From: a virus
Length of the DNA: 41,684 bases
Virus record (IMG/VR): IMGVR_UViG_3300014135_000001
Span: 1 to 41,684 of that record
Direction: 5' to 3' (one strand)
Positions 7,501-16,413 of this stretch are shown here, piece by piece. Below the pieces are notes generated by a model, which did not search any database, was not told where the DNA came from, and saw nothing but the letters and a program-made list of their open reading frames with translations. Both the position numbers and the translations under genes were made by a program. How positions within the stretch are numbered: position 1 is the stretch's first letter; the number at the start of each line of letters is the position of its first letter.

Positions 7501-8491
7501 TTCGTCCTGCATAATCGGATGTATTTGTCCCGCTATTATCTGACTTAATAAAGTTCCACGCATCGCGGCGTTTAATATGGCCGGCCATACCTTTTTGATT
7601 TGCTAAAGGTAATGCCTGCCAGGACTCATCCCCTACCTTACGAATTTCTGCTTTCAAGGTGACAGACGTACGGTCAGCGCCGCCGCTATCATTTGAATAA
7701 TATAATCCGTTTGGGAATCCAACAGTTAACTCTATCGCGTCACACGCATCGCCTTGTACCTGTTGCGTACTCCATGATTCAGTCAATTCATAGTTTAGGG
7801 ATTGATCCGCAAAGTTATCATTGAAATTTGGGATAACTGTTTGATCATTTGTGCCCTTTCTGATATCCACCTGCACATCCTTATAATTACTGATTGGGTT
7901 AGCATTAATACGAATATCTTCTATTTTTGATAATTCGCCCTCACCAGCACAGTATAAAAGGTTAAGATATTGCTTTTCACCATCACTAATTACATGGCGG
8001 GATAATAATAACCCAGCGCTTTTCATTCGGCCATACGTCACGGCTAAAGGGGAGCCCTGCCCAGTAACAGTTTCGGTACCTCCCCAGCCATATGTATTTG
8101 ACTGTTCGGAATTCGAACGGTCAACTTTAGGAGCAGTTAACTTTGAGACAATAGCATTACCTATCATCCCTACCGCCATAGCGATGACTGACCGCCAAAT
8201 CAAGCTTTGGATACCAAAGATAGCACCTGAAGCAATACCACCGGTAAATACTGCCAACCCTATTGATAGAAGAACACCAAAGAATTTGCCCTCAACTCGA
8301 GGCATTACTACAATGTAGTCTTCATCGTTTACAACTGTATCCGGCGCCGCCTCATGTCCATTTACTGAATACGCCCATTCCCCAGGTGCGTTGAAGTAAT
8401 AGCTGATAGACTTGCCCTTTTTAAATGGCAAATATTTTGTATCCCGTTGCTCTGGCTTGAACGGATTATTTACAATAATTACGTTAACCAT
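4541..8491 (-). CDS. Central tail fibre / host-specificity protein: gpJ-like body fused to a gpI-like N-terminal module
   Basis: 1316 aa. The N-terminal ~120 aa have a small beta-rich domain plus the hydrophobic stretch FFGVLLSIGLAVFTGGIASGAIFGIQSLIWRSVIAMAVGMIGNAIV, as in lambda gpI. The remainder is large with FN3-like segments, as in gpJ. It follows the M-, L- and K-like genes. Confidence 0.8.
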   Translation of the reverse strand: MVNVIIVNNPFKPEQRDTKYLPFKKGKSISYYFNAPGEWAYSVNGHEAAPDTVVNDEDYIVVMPRVEGKFFGVLLSIGLAVFTGGIASGAIFGIQSLIWRSVIAMAVGMIGNAIVSKLTAPKVDRSNSEQSNTYGWGGTETVTGQGSPLAVTYGRMKSAGLLLSRHVISDGEKQYLNLLYCAGEGELSKIEDIRINANPISNYKDVQVDIRKGTNDQTVIPNFNDNFADQSLNYELTESWSTQQVQGDACDAIELTVGFPNGLYYSNDSGGADRTSVTLKAEIRKVGDESWQALPLANQKGMAGHIKRRDAWNFIKSDNSGTNTSDYAGRIEEATNNAFYRVFRFDNLEKARYEIRMRCSAKDGKSLRHVNKVYWVQLTQIIYDDFVHPGKALIGIKALATSQLSGSDPKVTWIQERSEVYVFNPYINKYEAQPADNPAWAAYDLIHICRKIGGEYIVFGQPHMRLDYNAFKAWADKCKTNGFTFNYIYDTAMRLWDALKYPEAVGRGKVIPVGTRFTCVSDYQSTPVQLFTVANIKQGSFTEEFQGVEARANSVEISFLNKDKDYERDVIPVYGDTYDESDTLTNPAQVELMGCTSLEQAYKHGKHFLRCNKYEIRTVTIEAFTDAIACTVGDIILIQHDIPEWGEGGRVVAVSGQTITLDKEVSVQPGKNYQLLIRNNSTDIVSTFNVVNVSGLNVIVKEAIPVQPDAVYAFGEVSKSAKPFRVLAITKTLSEMTRKIQCMEYYPELYVSDDGTVPSIDYTNHGVSDIQAVGLVSDVYGANGIMYSRIGVTWQLPRDGKVSNVVVNYRNVKSDTWKYIGNYPASTNTTTISDVLLGATYEVRVQAINELGQLTTGITKSINIPKMQTPEDVQNLHVLSRYNQTADKSVYYDLQVLFDPPSNPANFDVAEVWYLLKSKSGKPVTGQEWQYAGSSNSQVIIKSLGPGEEYRIKAISVDRFGNRAETAQMVDVIVKPMDAIPDMPSNFGITFGRNATASWDEVLNADVDYYELRTDNNPGKDTNALLARVKGTSAVLTLTKRADTVYLYARSTLGKYSTAATYEYNVPQLAAPEFVVKSQLGGFNLYFSTKPAQAYAIRCHVIGDERTDDFETTSTMLTYSNSAGIYRIRCSFVDVFGDGFVNEKQVVIKTQIDASLLDLESLGLNKVDERIKELDKKFNTNSEETTRRITNLASHTESRITELAGSIDLQVKKSIGEIDGGELVSRINLSQSGVYIAGKLIHITGATKFDDNVIVNKMIQANAVTADKLHVDSLSAVSGTIGLLRSRETGARVEIQDNLITGFDDDNNPRIKLGCW

Positions 8492-8494
8492 CTG

Positions 8495-8821
8495 CTACTC
8501 CTTCCTTTCGTAAATGTGCTTCAATCGAGGCATGTACTTTGATATATGTTCTATACATGTGCCACTGTGTTCAGTAGCATGTATAAATTTACCTTCACCA
8601 AGATAAACCCCTACATGGTCGAGATTTTTACCATATAACGCAAACACCAAAACACTCCCTGGCATTGGCTCATGAACCTCGCGCCATTCATCCATTTGGA
8701 TTTGGGTATATTCGGGTAGTGGTATTCCACTACGCCGATATACCTCAACAACTACATCCCAGCATTTCATTTCCGAGAATGGGGTGCCTATCATATCAGT
8801 CAAGTCACTTATTGGATGCAT
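8495..8821 (-). CDS. Tail-tip NlpC/P60-family peptidase (gpK-like, lacking the MPN domain)
   Basis: Start at ATG 8821 behind GGAGGA. MKCWDVVVEVYRRSGIPLP...GSVLVF...DHVGVYLGEGKFIHATE matches the Cys/His/His NlpC/P60 pattern. Confidence 0.8.
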   Translation of the reverse strand: MHPISDLTDMIGTPFSEMKCWDVVVEVYRRSGIPLPEYTQIQMDEWREVHEPMPGSVLVFALYGKNLDHVGVYLGEGKFIHATEHSGTCIEHISKYMPRLKHIYERKE

Positions 8822-9410
8822 ACAGTCCTCCTTGCGGGATAGTAGGTTCTCCGCCAAATCGTGCACTGTTCCCCAATTCACGACATCGTGCTAGAGTTTT
8901 ATTGCATTGAGTTTCGCGCCCTTTATACCCACATTGAACCCCTTTAAATTTGAACGGACAGAAATCCTTCATCACACGAATTAACGGGAATCGTCGAGTG
9001 AAACTAAAGTCAGTCCCCAACGTAAACTCCATCCATTCAGCATTCGCATGGGTTCCCGTAATTACGAAATGCTCCTCTTGCTCGCACACATCAGGTATGT
9101 TCGTATTCACTACACGAATGATGACATTGGCTCCAGTGAATCCATTATTAGACTCTGCCATGCGCTGAATTGTACGAGTCACGTTAGACACAGACAGCTT
9201 GATATTAGGTAAATCCGTCGCATTCTCTGTAACATCTTGAATGGTAAATGGAAATGCAATATAGGTATTGCCTTGAAATTGGATATTCTCCGTATTGTAT
9301 ACCAATCGTATCGTATCCCCTTTATAGGATATTTCTAACAGCATTAACCACACACCTGTGGCCGATATTTGGTTTTTCTCTAAAATCGATGCCGTTGAGA
9401 GCGGTAACAT
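8805..9410 (-). CDS. Minor tail protein L-like with a C-terminal four-Cys cluster
   Basis: 201 aa. SD GGAGG. C-terminus CPFKFKGVQCGYKGRETQCNKTLARCRELGNSARFGG is a Cys4 motif as in gpL-type tail-tip proteins. Located between the M-like and K-like genes. Confidence 0.7.
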   Translation of the reverse strand: MLPLSTASILEKNQISATGVWLMLLEISYKGDTIRLVYNTENIQFQGNTYIAFPFTIQDVTENATDLPNIKLSVSNVTRTIQRMAESNNGFTGANVIIRVVNTNIPDVCEQEEHFVITGTHANAEWMEFTLGTDFSFTRRFPLIRVMKDFCPFKFKGVQCGYKGRETQCNKTLARCRELGNSARFGGEPTIPQGGLYASNK

Positions 9411-9411
9411 G

Positions 9412-9777
9412 TTAAACCTCCTGTAATTTCACGGTTCCCATCCACACTCCGTAGTCATTCGCCGCAAAATCTAACTGATCAGCAAATCGCACTTTTAGTG
9501 TTTCCCGTGTTTCTGGATGTACCCAGTCGAATACACCCGAACAGTTGACGTCATCATAGAACGACCGAAGTTTATAGTACTCAGTTGTTGGCAACTTGTA
9601 CCCTACGGAATATGTCCGCCGGGTCTTTGTCGTCTTTTTCCTGGTGATTAGCGTCATGTTTTCAACTTGACCTTTATACGAAATATCTGGAGTAGTCTCC
9701 TGAATTGGGTATATTGGCCATCGAATATCTGGAAATACTGCCATATAGTTATACTGCGGATGCCTTGATGGCGTCAC
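9412..9777 (-). CDS. Minor tail protein M-like
   Basis: GTG start at 9777 behind AGGAGG; an alternative ATG is at 9744. RTYSVGYKLPTTEYYKLRSFYDDVNCSGVFDWVHPETRETLKVRF resembles the lambda gpM core KTYSVTLSVPREEATVLESFLEEHGGWKSFLWTPP. Confidence 0.7.
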   Translation of the reverse strand: MTPSRHPQYNYMAVFPDIRWPIYPIQETTPDISYKGQVENMTLITRKKTTKTRRTYSVGYKLPTTEYYKLRSFYDDVNCSGVFDWVHPETRETLKVRFADQLDFAANDYGVWMGTVKLQEV

Positions 9778-12700
9778 GCATACCTCCTTTGTTTGATTCC
9801 ATAGCGCGAACTACTACATCAATAACATAATTTTCGCCATCGAACCGAGAGTTCTGTTGTTTGCTTTCGAGTTCTTGGCCAGACTGATTAACAATGTTAA
9901 CAACTACGTTGTTGCTTGTAGCTCCGCCGCCCATTAATCTACGGGTTTCGCTTGCTGTGTAAATACGATGGGATCCAGATGACTGTAATAGTTCCGGTCC
10001 GTTTTCTCCAACCAACATAAGCCCTGGGTTCGTTTTTCCTCCGGCGGCAAAACGATTGCCTGTAAATGCCGAACTAAACGAACCACCACCAGCAAAGGAC
10101 GATGTCCCTTTTGCAGCACCTAGCGAACCGATGCCACTAACGGCGCCGCCAAATAATCCTTGCAACTTAGGCATGACGTATTGTTGGAACGTTAACTGAA
10201 TCATCATCTTAATAATGGCATTCGTCATATCCTTGAATATGTCCTTAATACCTTTACTAAATGACTTCGTTCCTGTTGCCATAGCTTCGAGATTATTTGT
10301 CCATGCTGAGTTGATAGAGCTCATCGTACTATCAAAAGTAGACTTCGCTAAATCAGCATAATTGGTAGTCTCTTGCTTATATTGGCGTGCGGCTTCTTGT
10401 AGGCTCGTTTTAAGACTGCGACCTGCGAGTTCCCATAGTTTTTGTTGCGACTCTAATAGGTTCTTTTCAATCTGCAGTCTTTGCGTAGCCGTTAACTGGG
10501 CCTCATTGACTTCACTCCGTGCATAGTCAATATAGGTCTTTAACTCTTCAGCAAGTAGTGCGTCCGCATCACTGCGAGACAATCGGCCAAGAGTAACCAT
10601 ATTAGTTAAGTGGTCAATATTTTCACTTGTTTGAGTGTAGGCTAACTCTCTGATTTTCTGCTCGGTATCAGATGCCAATTTTAGGCGCTCTGCCTGAGCT
10701 TTCTTTTCAGCTAGGTCCTTATCGCCTACGGCTTTTGTATACTCACGGACGTTATCATCAATTTGAGCCTTTTGTGCTTCAGCTTCAGCTTTGAGTAACT
10801 GCAACCGGTCGCCTGTACGTTCAAGATCGAGTTTTTTAATATCCTCGTTCATCTTGCGAACACGGATAGTCTGATTTCGTTGTGCTTCAGCTAATCGCTT
10901 TTGATACAACTCTTCATTCTTGGCTCTAACTTGAGCAGTTAGATTTGACTCAGCAAGCTTCTTAGCATTCTCTGTGCTACCTGCTGAATCAGCAGCAGCA
11001 CTCGAAGCACCCCCTGCTAATAAGCTGGTATCAACATACCCTGTAATAGCGCCAAAATCACTTGATATGCTTGGTTTGCTAACTACACCAGTACTGGAAT
11101 TAGCACCAGTATATCCGCCGTTTCCGTCACTAATTACAATATGATTATCACCAAGTACAACCACACCATCTCCGGCTTTAGGAACATATCCATCGCCCTC
11201 ATCATGCCAGGCACCAGCGGCTCTTGCTGCGTCCATGATAGATGGAACATATCGAGGTACATCCTTGCCGAATGCTTGTAGTACAGAGTCAGAAAATAGC
11301 TTGCCGCAATCCGTTGCCCATGTACCATCTGCTCCTAACTCGTATGCCTTACCTAGTTGTTCATTAGCTGCATCCAGTACGCTCACGGCTTGTCCTACAG
11401 CACCACTATTCACACCTGAAACAGAGCGGATAATATCACGAATATTCTTATTGTTAGATTCATACTGGTTCTTAGCAGTTAGCTTATCGATTTCGTATTG
11501 ACTGCCGTCAATTTGTAGGCTTTGCAAAGTAAGAGACCGATACAAATCGGCCATGCGTTCCACTGCACTCGTCAACTTTTCAGCCGCTTGTTGGGCTTTC
11601 TTAGCTGCCTGCTCTTGAGCTTTGGCCGCTTTCGCTACTTCTTCATTTGCCTTATTGATAGCCTCGGTATTGGTTAAGCTTCCCCCATTAGCAAGGTCCT
11701 CTTTCGCTTTTGCAAGATCTTCATCGAGTTTCGCTTTCGCAGCATCCGCCTCTTCTTTTTGCTTTAAAGCCGCATCGATTCTAGCGCCTTCTTCTTTTGT
11801 AGCTAAACGGTCATTCTTTACAAGCCCAAACCATGCGCTATCCTCAATCCAATACCGAGTATCATGACTATCCTCATAAGCCTGATTTATACCATCAGTG
11901 GAATTCGTATTCTTGTGAATACGCTTCCCGTCAACATCTACCCCCATATAAGAGCCGGATGTTTTTTCGTTGTAGCGAAAATCGAGTAATGCTTTCCCAG
12001 CAAGTCCAATTACCGTAGCTAATGTTACCCAAGGACCGGCTGCAGCAAGTGTGGCCAATCGCATAAATCCGAGTGCGCTGGTTAGCGACCTCATAACTAC
12101 GATTACTGCACCTGCTTCTGCGCCGAATTTGACAATTCCGCCGATAGCTTCCTTCTGCTCAGCGGTCATCGACTCGAATTCTTTAGCAACGTCTAACACG
12201 CCCTTTGCGTAATCATTAAAAACAGGAACTAACTCATGACCGATAGATACTGCAAGGCGTTTTCCGGTGTTTTCTAAATCCTTCAATTCCCGATTTAGCT
12301 TTGCGGACTTAGCTGCAGTCTCGTCGTCAATGATAAGGCCCATCGCTTTGGCACGTTCAGCCACTTTGTCCATCTGTTCAGCGGACATGTTGAGCATGGC
12401 GTGCATCTGATACCCGGTACGTCCAAAGAGTTCCATTTCTACACGAGTCTTTTCAGCTCCGTCCTTCATGCCTCTTAGACGTTCCTGTATCATCTTGAAC
12501 ACTTCAACGGTATTCTTACCCTGAATATCCTCGAGCGTGTAACCTAATTTACTGAATATATCGGTACCGAGTTTCCCCTCTGCCCGAGCGACTTCCATTT
12601 TCTCTTTGGCTGCTCCGACGTTCTTAGAGAACTTAGCAAATGCACCAGCACTATCCTCCATAGCAACGCCCATATAATTAGCCACTGCTAATAGTTCGCT

Positions 12701-12949
12701 GGTTTCTTTCGCCGTAGCACCGGTAATGCCTGATAACTTCTTAACGGCTACATCCCATTGAATAGCCTCTTTGGCAAGTTTGGCACCGATGCCTACTACA
12801 CCAACACCGGCACCTATCGCCATAAGGTCATTCTTCATTTTGCCAAGGGCGGATTTGGCGCCTTCGGCACTAGCTGTAATTTTCTTGAGTCCTGCTTCCG
12901 TATTCTTATCGGTCAACTGAACGACAATATCAATTAAATTATTGGCCAT
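9749..12949 (-). CDS. Tape measure protein with an embedded NlpC/P60/CHAP-like hydrolase domain
   Basis: 1066 aa, helical and Ala/Lys/Glu-rich, with hydrophobic segments. It follows the G/GT chaperones. Residues ~515-635 (nt 11045..11407) read GKAYELGADGTWATDCGKLF...PKAGDGVVVLGDNHIVISDGNGGYTGA. Confidence 0.9.
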   Translation of the reverse strand: MANNLIDIVVQLTDKNTEAGLKKITASAEGAKSALGKMKNDLMAIGAGVGVVGIGAKLAKEAIQWDVAVKKLSGITGATAKETSELLAVANYMGVAMEDSAGAFAKFSKNVGAAKEKMEVARAEGKLGTDIFSKLGYTLEDIQGKNTVEVFKMIQERLRGMKDGAEKTRVEMELFGRTGYQMHAMLNMSAEQMDKVAERAKAMGLIIDDETAAKSAKLNRELKDLENTGKRLAVSIGHELVPVFNDYAKGVLDVAKEFESMTAEQKEAIGGIVKFGAEAGAVIVVMRSLTSALGFMRLATLAAAGPWVTLATVIGLAGKALLDFRYNEKTSGSYMGVDVDGKRIHKNTNSTDGINQAYEDSHDTRYWIEDSAWFGLVKNDRLATKEEGARIDAALKQKEEADAAKAKLDEDLAKAKEDLANGGSLTNTEAINKANEEVAKAAKAQEQAAKKAQQAAEKLTSAVERMADLYRSLTLQSLQIDGSQYEIDKLTAKNQYESNNKNIRDIIRSVSGVNSGAVGQAVSVLDAANEQLGKAYELGADGTWATDCGKLFSDSVLQAFGKDVPRYVPSIMDAARAAGAWHDEGDGYVPKAGDGVVVLGDNHIVISDGNGGYTGANSSTGVVSKPSISSDFGAITGYVDTSLLAGGASSAAADSAGSTENAKKLAESNLTAQVRAKNEELYQKRLAEAQRNQTIRVRKMNEDIKKLDLERTGDRLQLLKAEAEAQKAQIDDNVREYTKAVGDKDLAEKKAQAERLKLASDTEQKIRELAYTQTSENIDHLTNMVTLGRLSRSDADALLAEELKTYIDYARSEVNEAQLTATQRLQIEKNLLESQQKLWELAGRSLKTSLQEAARQYKQETTNYADLAKSTFDSTMSSINSAWTNNLEAMATGTKSFSKGIKDIFKDMTNAIIKMMIQLTFQQYVMPKLQGLFGGAVSGIGSLGAAKGTSSFAGGGSFSSAFTGNRFAAGGKTNPGLMLVGENGPELLQSSGSHRIYTASETRRLMGGGATSNNVVVNIVNQSGQELESKQQNSRFDGENYVIDVVVRAMESNKGGMRDAIKASAV

Positions 12950-13546
12950 TCTTGTGCGCCACCTCCAATTCTTTGGCTTCTAATAATACGAGTAAGTCGA
13001 TAAGGTGCGGTAGTGGCTCAATGCCGTAAGCCCTCGCCACTTCTAACACCGCTGGCATATCGAATCCGGCAATACCGCCTGGATGCCAACGTCGCTGCAT
13101 TCGGCTGGCATTGTATACTCGCATTGCCTGTCTCGTTCCATCTAATTGATGCGGGGAATTAAACTCACACTCCGAGCAGTCAAAATGCTGTTTAGTCTCA
13201 CGTTGCATCTTGATACAATCAGAGCAGTATTTCGGCTTATCGGAGTTGAGCCAACTCCACGCATCAATTAGTTTTTTTCGATTTCAGCCTTTTTTTCATT
13301 AGTGAAACGCATAGTTTCAATTGCTAATTCCATAACGCCATCGTTTGGTGCTTCTGCGATTTCACTATCAGACATCTTATACACATTTTTCATAATCCAT
13401 TCGGCTAAATCACGATACCACAATAATTTAGCCGGCTCAGGGGTTTCTTCCGGAAGAGGTGTGTATAACGGATCTAATTCAGCCTTAATCAATTCGCTAC
13501 GCTCAGCAAATGTTAAACCTCTTAATTTAATATCTTCAAATGCCAT
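12939..13546 (-). CDS. Tail assembly chaperone G-T fusion, made by a -1 programmed ribosomal frameshift
   Basis: The G frame (13268..13546) ends GAA AAA AAC TAA. The -1 frame is open from the slippery site through to 12939 (..KKLIDAWSWLNSDKPKYCSDCIKMQRETKQHFDCSECEF..). Confidence 0.75.
13268..13546 (-). CDS. Tail assembly chaperone (gpG-like)
   Basis: 92 aa, acidic. SD AGGAGGTG. Located between the major tail and tape measure genes. Confidence 0.8.
   Translation of the reverse strand: MAFEDIKLRGLTFAERSELIKAELDPLYTPLPEETPEPAKLLWYRDLAEWIMKNVYKMSDSEIAEAPNDGVMELAIETMRFTNEKKAEIEKN
13271..13277 (-). promoter_or_regulatory. Slippery heptamer A-AAA-AAC for the -1 frameshift
   Basis: The minus strand reads atc GAA AAA AAC TAA. 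The X-XXY-YYZ heptamer lies in the zero frame, directly before the G stop codon. Confidence 0.75.
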
Positions 13547-13557
13547 GTTGGCACCTC

Positions 13558-14520
13558 CTAGTATTGTTCTTGATTATTAACTAAAGTAATGATGGATGCG
13601 GAACGACCAGCATCTGCACGATAGTATGCTTTAAACGGCAATTCAATATTGACGCCACGAGGGCCGTCGATGCCTGGAGATTGTCGTTCGTATACCAGTT
13701 CAGGCAACTTGAATGTAAGCGACCAATCATCTTGTTCAAGTCGCAATTCCAAGCTGGATTCCGTACCGTTAACCGCTTTGTTTAAAAGATCTTTGTTTTG
13801 GAAAAACGCTTTAATCGTTCCGGAGATTGAAACAATTCCTGGGTCGATGTATGTTCTAAAACCTTTACCACCGATAGCGTAAGAGTCGCCATCCAAGCCA
13901 AAATCAAAGTTGATATCACAACTTAAAATATTAGCCACAGTGACGCCACCTTCTTTGATGGTCGCATTTAGATTTTGAAATGGTAAGAAATTTACTGCCT
14001 TAGCTGCAGCATCGAATGTAGTAGCCGCTAATGTTTCCTTACACCCCATTACATCAACGGATGCTGTAAGTTCGGAGTCACCGCCAAACTTGAATCCTAA
14101 TTTACTAACTCGTACGCCAGCGAACTGCTGGAATACGTTAACATCAGGGTAGCCCTGTTCAATAGTTAGAGATGGCATTGTGTTGCCGATTTTAAATATA
14201 TGCTCAGACTTCTTATTTGGCGCTTGGCCAGTTGTATTAGAAGTCGGTTGCCCGAATGCAGCTTTTAGCCAGTATCCGATGTCAATAACACCAACAGGCA
14301 CGGTTAAACTACCGGATGTGTCAATGTTGCCACGGAATGGCGCTGCAGGATTACGATCACCACGGATTACGGTGGAGTCGTTTAGATTTTGACTAGCTTT
14401 TACGGAGCTAGATATGATTGGCGTGATTACACCGCCAGTGGATGGCGTTGTACCAAAATCCGCCTCAAACGCAATCGCCACATGGGACTGAGAGCCCTGT
14501 GCACGTTTTGCTGTTGCCAT
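13558..14520 (-). CDS. Major tail (tube) protein
   Basis: Start at ATG 14520, which has better SD spacing after AAAGGAGGAA than ATG 14526. About 320 aa, upstream of the chaperones. Confidence 0.8.
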   Translation of the reverse strand: MATAKRAQGSQSHVAIAFEADFGTTPSTGGVITPIISSSVKASQNLNDSTVIRGDRNPAAPFRGNIDTSGSLTVPVGVIDIGYWLKAAFGQPTSNTTGQAPNKKSEHIFKIGNTMPSLTIEQGYPDVNVFQQFAGVRVSKLGFKFGGDSELTASVDVMGCKETLAATTFDAAAKAVNFLPFQNLNATIKEGGVTVANILSCDINFDFGLDGDSYAIGGKGFRTYIDPGIVSISGTIKAFFQNKDLLNKAVNGTESSLELRLEQDDWSLTFKLPELVYERQSPGIDGPRGVNIELPFKAYYRADAGRSASIITLVNNQEQY

Positions 14521-14534
14521 ATGCATTTCCTCCT

Positions 14535-15008
14535 TTAATATTCAATATTTCCGCCGATTACATGCGGAATTTCTATAGTAGCTGTTAACCGTCCAGTGAA
14601 TACTGGACGCCAATTCATGCTATCAAGTTCATAATCAATGCCGATTACCGGAAACGCTGGATTCACCTTACAAATGCATTCGATGATTAACTGCCCTAGG
14701 TTATCCGATTCTAGCGCTCCATCGTAACGAATAATATTCTTAATGCGCGTTGCACCTTCATGGACGATTCCCCATACAATCATTAACGAGTATGTGTAGG
14801 TATCAGCAAGCCCTTCATTCTTATTACTCGGTAGCAATATGATACAAGGGCAATCTTCCTCAAGCGGTGCATCGACGTCATCATATCCGACATACAGTTG
14901 CGCTGGCTTTCCGTATTTTTCATTACAAAATTTAGTCAACGCTTCATCGTTCGCTAGGGCTTCAGCCCAACGTTCAACGATGCGCGACAGTGGAATTGTC
15001 TGTTGCAT
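14535..15008 (-). CDS. Tail terminator / tail completion protein (gpU position)
   Basis: ATG at 15008 after AAGGTAAGGTGA. Call rests on synteny only. Confidence 0.6.
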   Translation of the reverse strand: MQQTIPLSRIVERWAEALANDEALTKFCNEKYGKPAQLYVGYDDVDAPLEEDCPCIILLPSNKNEGLADTYTYSLMIVWGIVHEGATRIKNIIRYDGALESDNLGQLIIECICKVNPAFPVIGIDYELDSMNWRPVFTGRLTATIEIPHVIGGNIEY

Positions 15009-15012
15009 CAAA

Positions 15013-15693
15013 TCACCTTACCTTGTAATTACGTCGAGAAGCGGATTGTGCCGCTGGACCATAAATAGCGTAGTCGCCTATCTTACCCTCAATATAAGGT
15101 TTAAGCTTAGGCTGCAATGCAGCTTTCATAGGACCATAAGTATGACGTGGCTGAATTTTGAACATCGATTTTCCTTTTGGTAACGGTACACCGGCAGCAA
15201 ATAACTTCTTACGCATAGGCTCTGTAATTTGCTTAGTGTACCCTTCTTCGATTCGTTCACCCAATCGTTTTGCCGAATTGGATAACCACCCAACTCGGAC
15301 GGATTGCTTGCTTTTGTCATATTGATATCCTACTGCATTCGATAGCTTACCTAGAGGACTATAGCCGATTGTCCTGGCGCTAATACCCATATCAAGTAAG
15401 GCATTTCGTGATTTAGAGCCCCAGGCTTCTCGTTCTGCACGTCCTCCGCTTTGATATGCTTTTCTAAGTTTCGCACCGAATGCTGACTCAAATGCGGCCC
15501 GACGGGCTGGTGCCATGAAGTTAGGATATTTACGTCCACCTGGTGCACCCGACTGGATGCCCTGCTTAATTTCTTTTTGCATCATCCAACCTGTTGACTT
15601 TAACGCTTTACGCATCCAGTCTGGCTTGGTTTCCGCGATGAAATTCAGAAACGGAGTGGCTGTGTCTGTAATTGTAATAGGTTCATTACTCAT
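15013..15693 (-). CDS. Head-tail connector / tail completion protein (gpZ position)
   Basis: 226 aa. TAATG coupling to the upstream gene. Call rests on synteny only. Confidence 0.6.
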   Translation of the reverse strand: MSNEPITITDTATPFLNFIAETKPDWMRKALKSTGWMMQKEIKQGIQSGAPGGRKYPNFMAPARRAAFESAFGAKLRKAYQSGGRAEREAWGSKSRNALLDMGISARTIGYSPLGKLSNAVGYQYDKSKQSVRVGWLSNSAKRLGERIEEGYTKQITEPMRKKLFAAGVPLPKGKSMFKIQPRHTYGPMKAALQPKLKPYIEGKIGDYAIYGPAAQSASRRNYKVR

Positions 15694-15998
15694 TACGGTC
15701 TCACCGCTCTCACGTTATGGACAATTTCCAAACAATACATCGTGCCGTCGAAATTTGAAATGTGATCAACGTACCATTTCTCGCCATTGATATACACCTC
15801 GTCTTTTGGATGTGGATTAGGTACATCCTTAGCACGCACCCAAACTTGAGCCTTATCGGCTAGCGCTTTATCAACGAATCCAGAACCTTTACCGTCATAT
15901 TCGCCAATTTCTATACTTGCTTTGATATCTTGGCCTTTGTAGGTAATTCGTTCACCGAATACAGAAAGCAGTGCATTAGGCTTATATCCTAATTTCAT
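15693..15998 (-). CDS. Head-tail joining protein (gpFII position)
   Basis: 101 aa. SD AGGAGGTAA. Call rests on synteny only. Confidence 0.6.
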   Translation of the reverse strand: MKLGYKPNALLSVFGERITYKGQDIKASIEIGEYDGKGSGFVDKALADKAQVWVRAKDVPNPHPKDEVYINGEKWYVDHISNFDGTMYCLEIVHNVRAVRP

Positions 15999-16021
15999 AG
16001 TGCATTACCTCCTATAGAGTA

Positions 16022-16039
16022 GGCGGGCATATGCCCGCC
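16022..16039 (-). terminator. GC-rich hairpin after the capsid genes, possibly a partial terminator or mRNA stabiliser
   Basis: Perfect palindrome GGCGGGCATATGCCCGCC in the gap between 16046 and 15998. The T-tract is weak. Confidence 0.5.
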
Positions 16040-16045
16040 CTTACA

Positions 16046-16384
16046 TTACTTTTCTACGTTAGGCCAAAGAGCCACATCAACGGTCTTAGCGCTTGCAGAT
16101 TTTGCAGAAATGGCAATGCCCAATACTGGATTTGTGTCTGTTTTAGTTGCACGCTTTTGCGTTTTATCAAAATACACAACATCGCCTACTGCGAATGCAT
16201 CTGTCGTAACCGCATCAACTGTAAAGCATCCAGTGACCTTAACTGCACCGGTTGTACCAGGGTCAATATTTGTGATTGCCACGCCGTGCATTTTGCCGAC
16301 AGGGACAATGTCCCCTACGGCAATCATATCGGATGCTGTATTTTTAAAATCAATACGATCTAATTCTTGAATGAATTGTGCCAT
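16046..16384 (-). CDS. DUF2190-like capsid-associated (decoration / cement) protein
   Basis: 112 aa. SD AGGAGGTAA. Lies immediately after the capsid gene. GDIVPVGKMHGVAITNIDPGTTGAVKVTGCFTV...VLGIAIS matches the DUF2190 pattern as recalled. Confidence 0.65.
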   Translation of the reverse strand: MAQFIQELDRIDFKNTASDMIAVGDIVPVGKMHGVAITNIDPGTTGAVKVTGCFTVDAVTTDAFAVGDVVYFDKTQKRATKTDTNPVLGIAISAKSASAKTVDVALWPNVEK

Positions 16385-16413
16385 ATCTAGTTACCTCCTA
16401 AATCAATTACTAA

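Noticed and set aside
7357-7563. Short same-strand alternative-frame ORFs inside large genes: 7357..7563, 9934..10119, 11134..11328, 15126..15320, 15351..15548, 29014..29250, 30754..30936, 31548..31745, 33111..33326
   Set aside because: They are 60-80 codons long, have no SD and show no recognisable features. Unlike the 200..685 / 208..681 pair, they do not share a start context or span the host ORF. They are most likely chance open frames.
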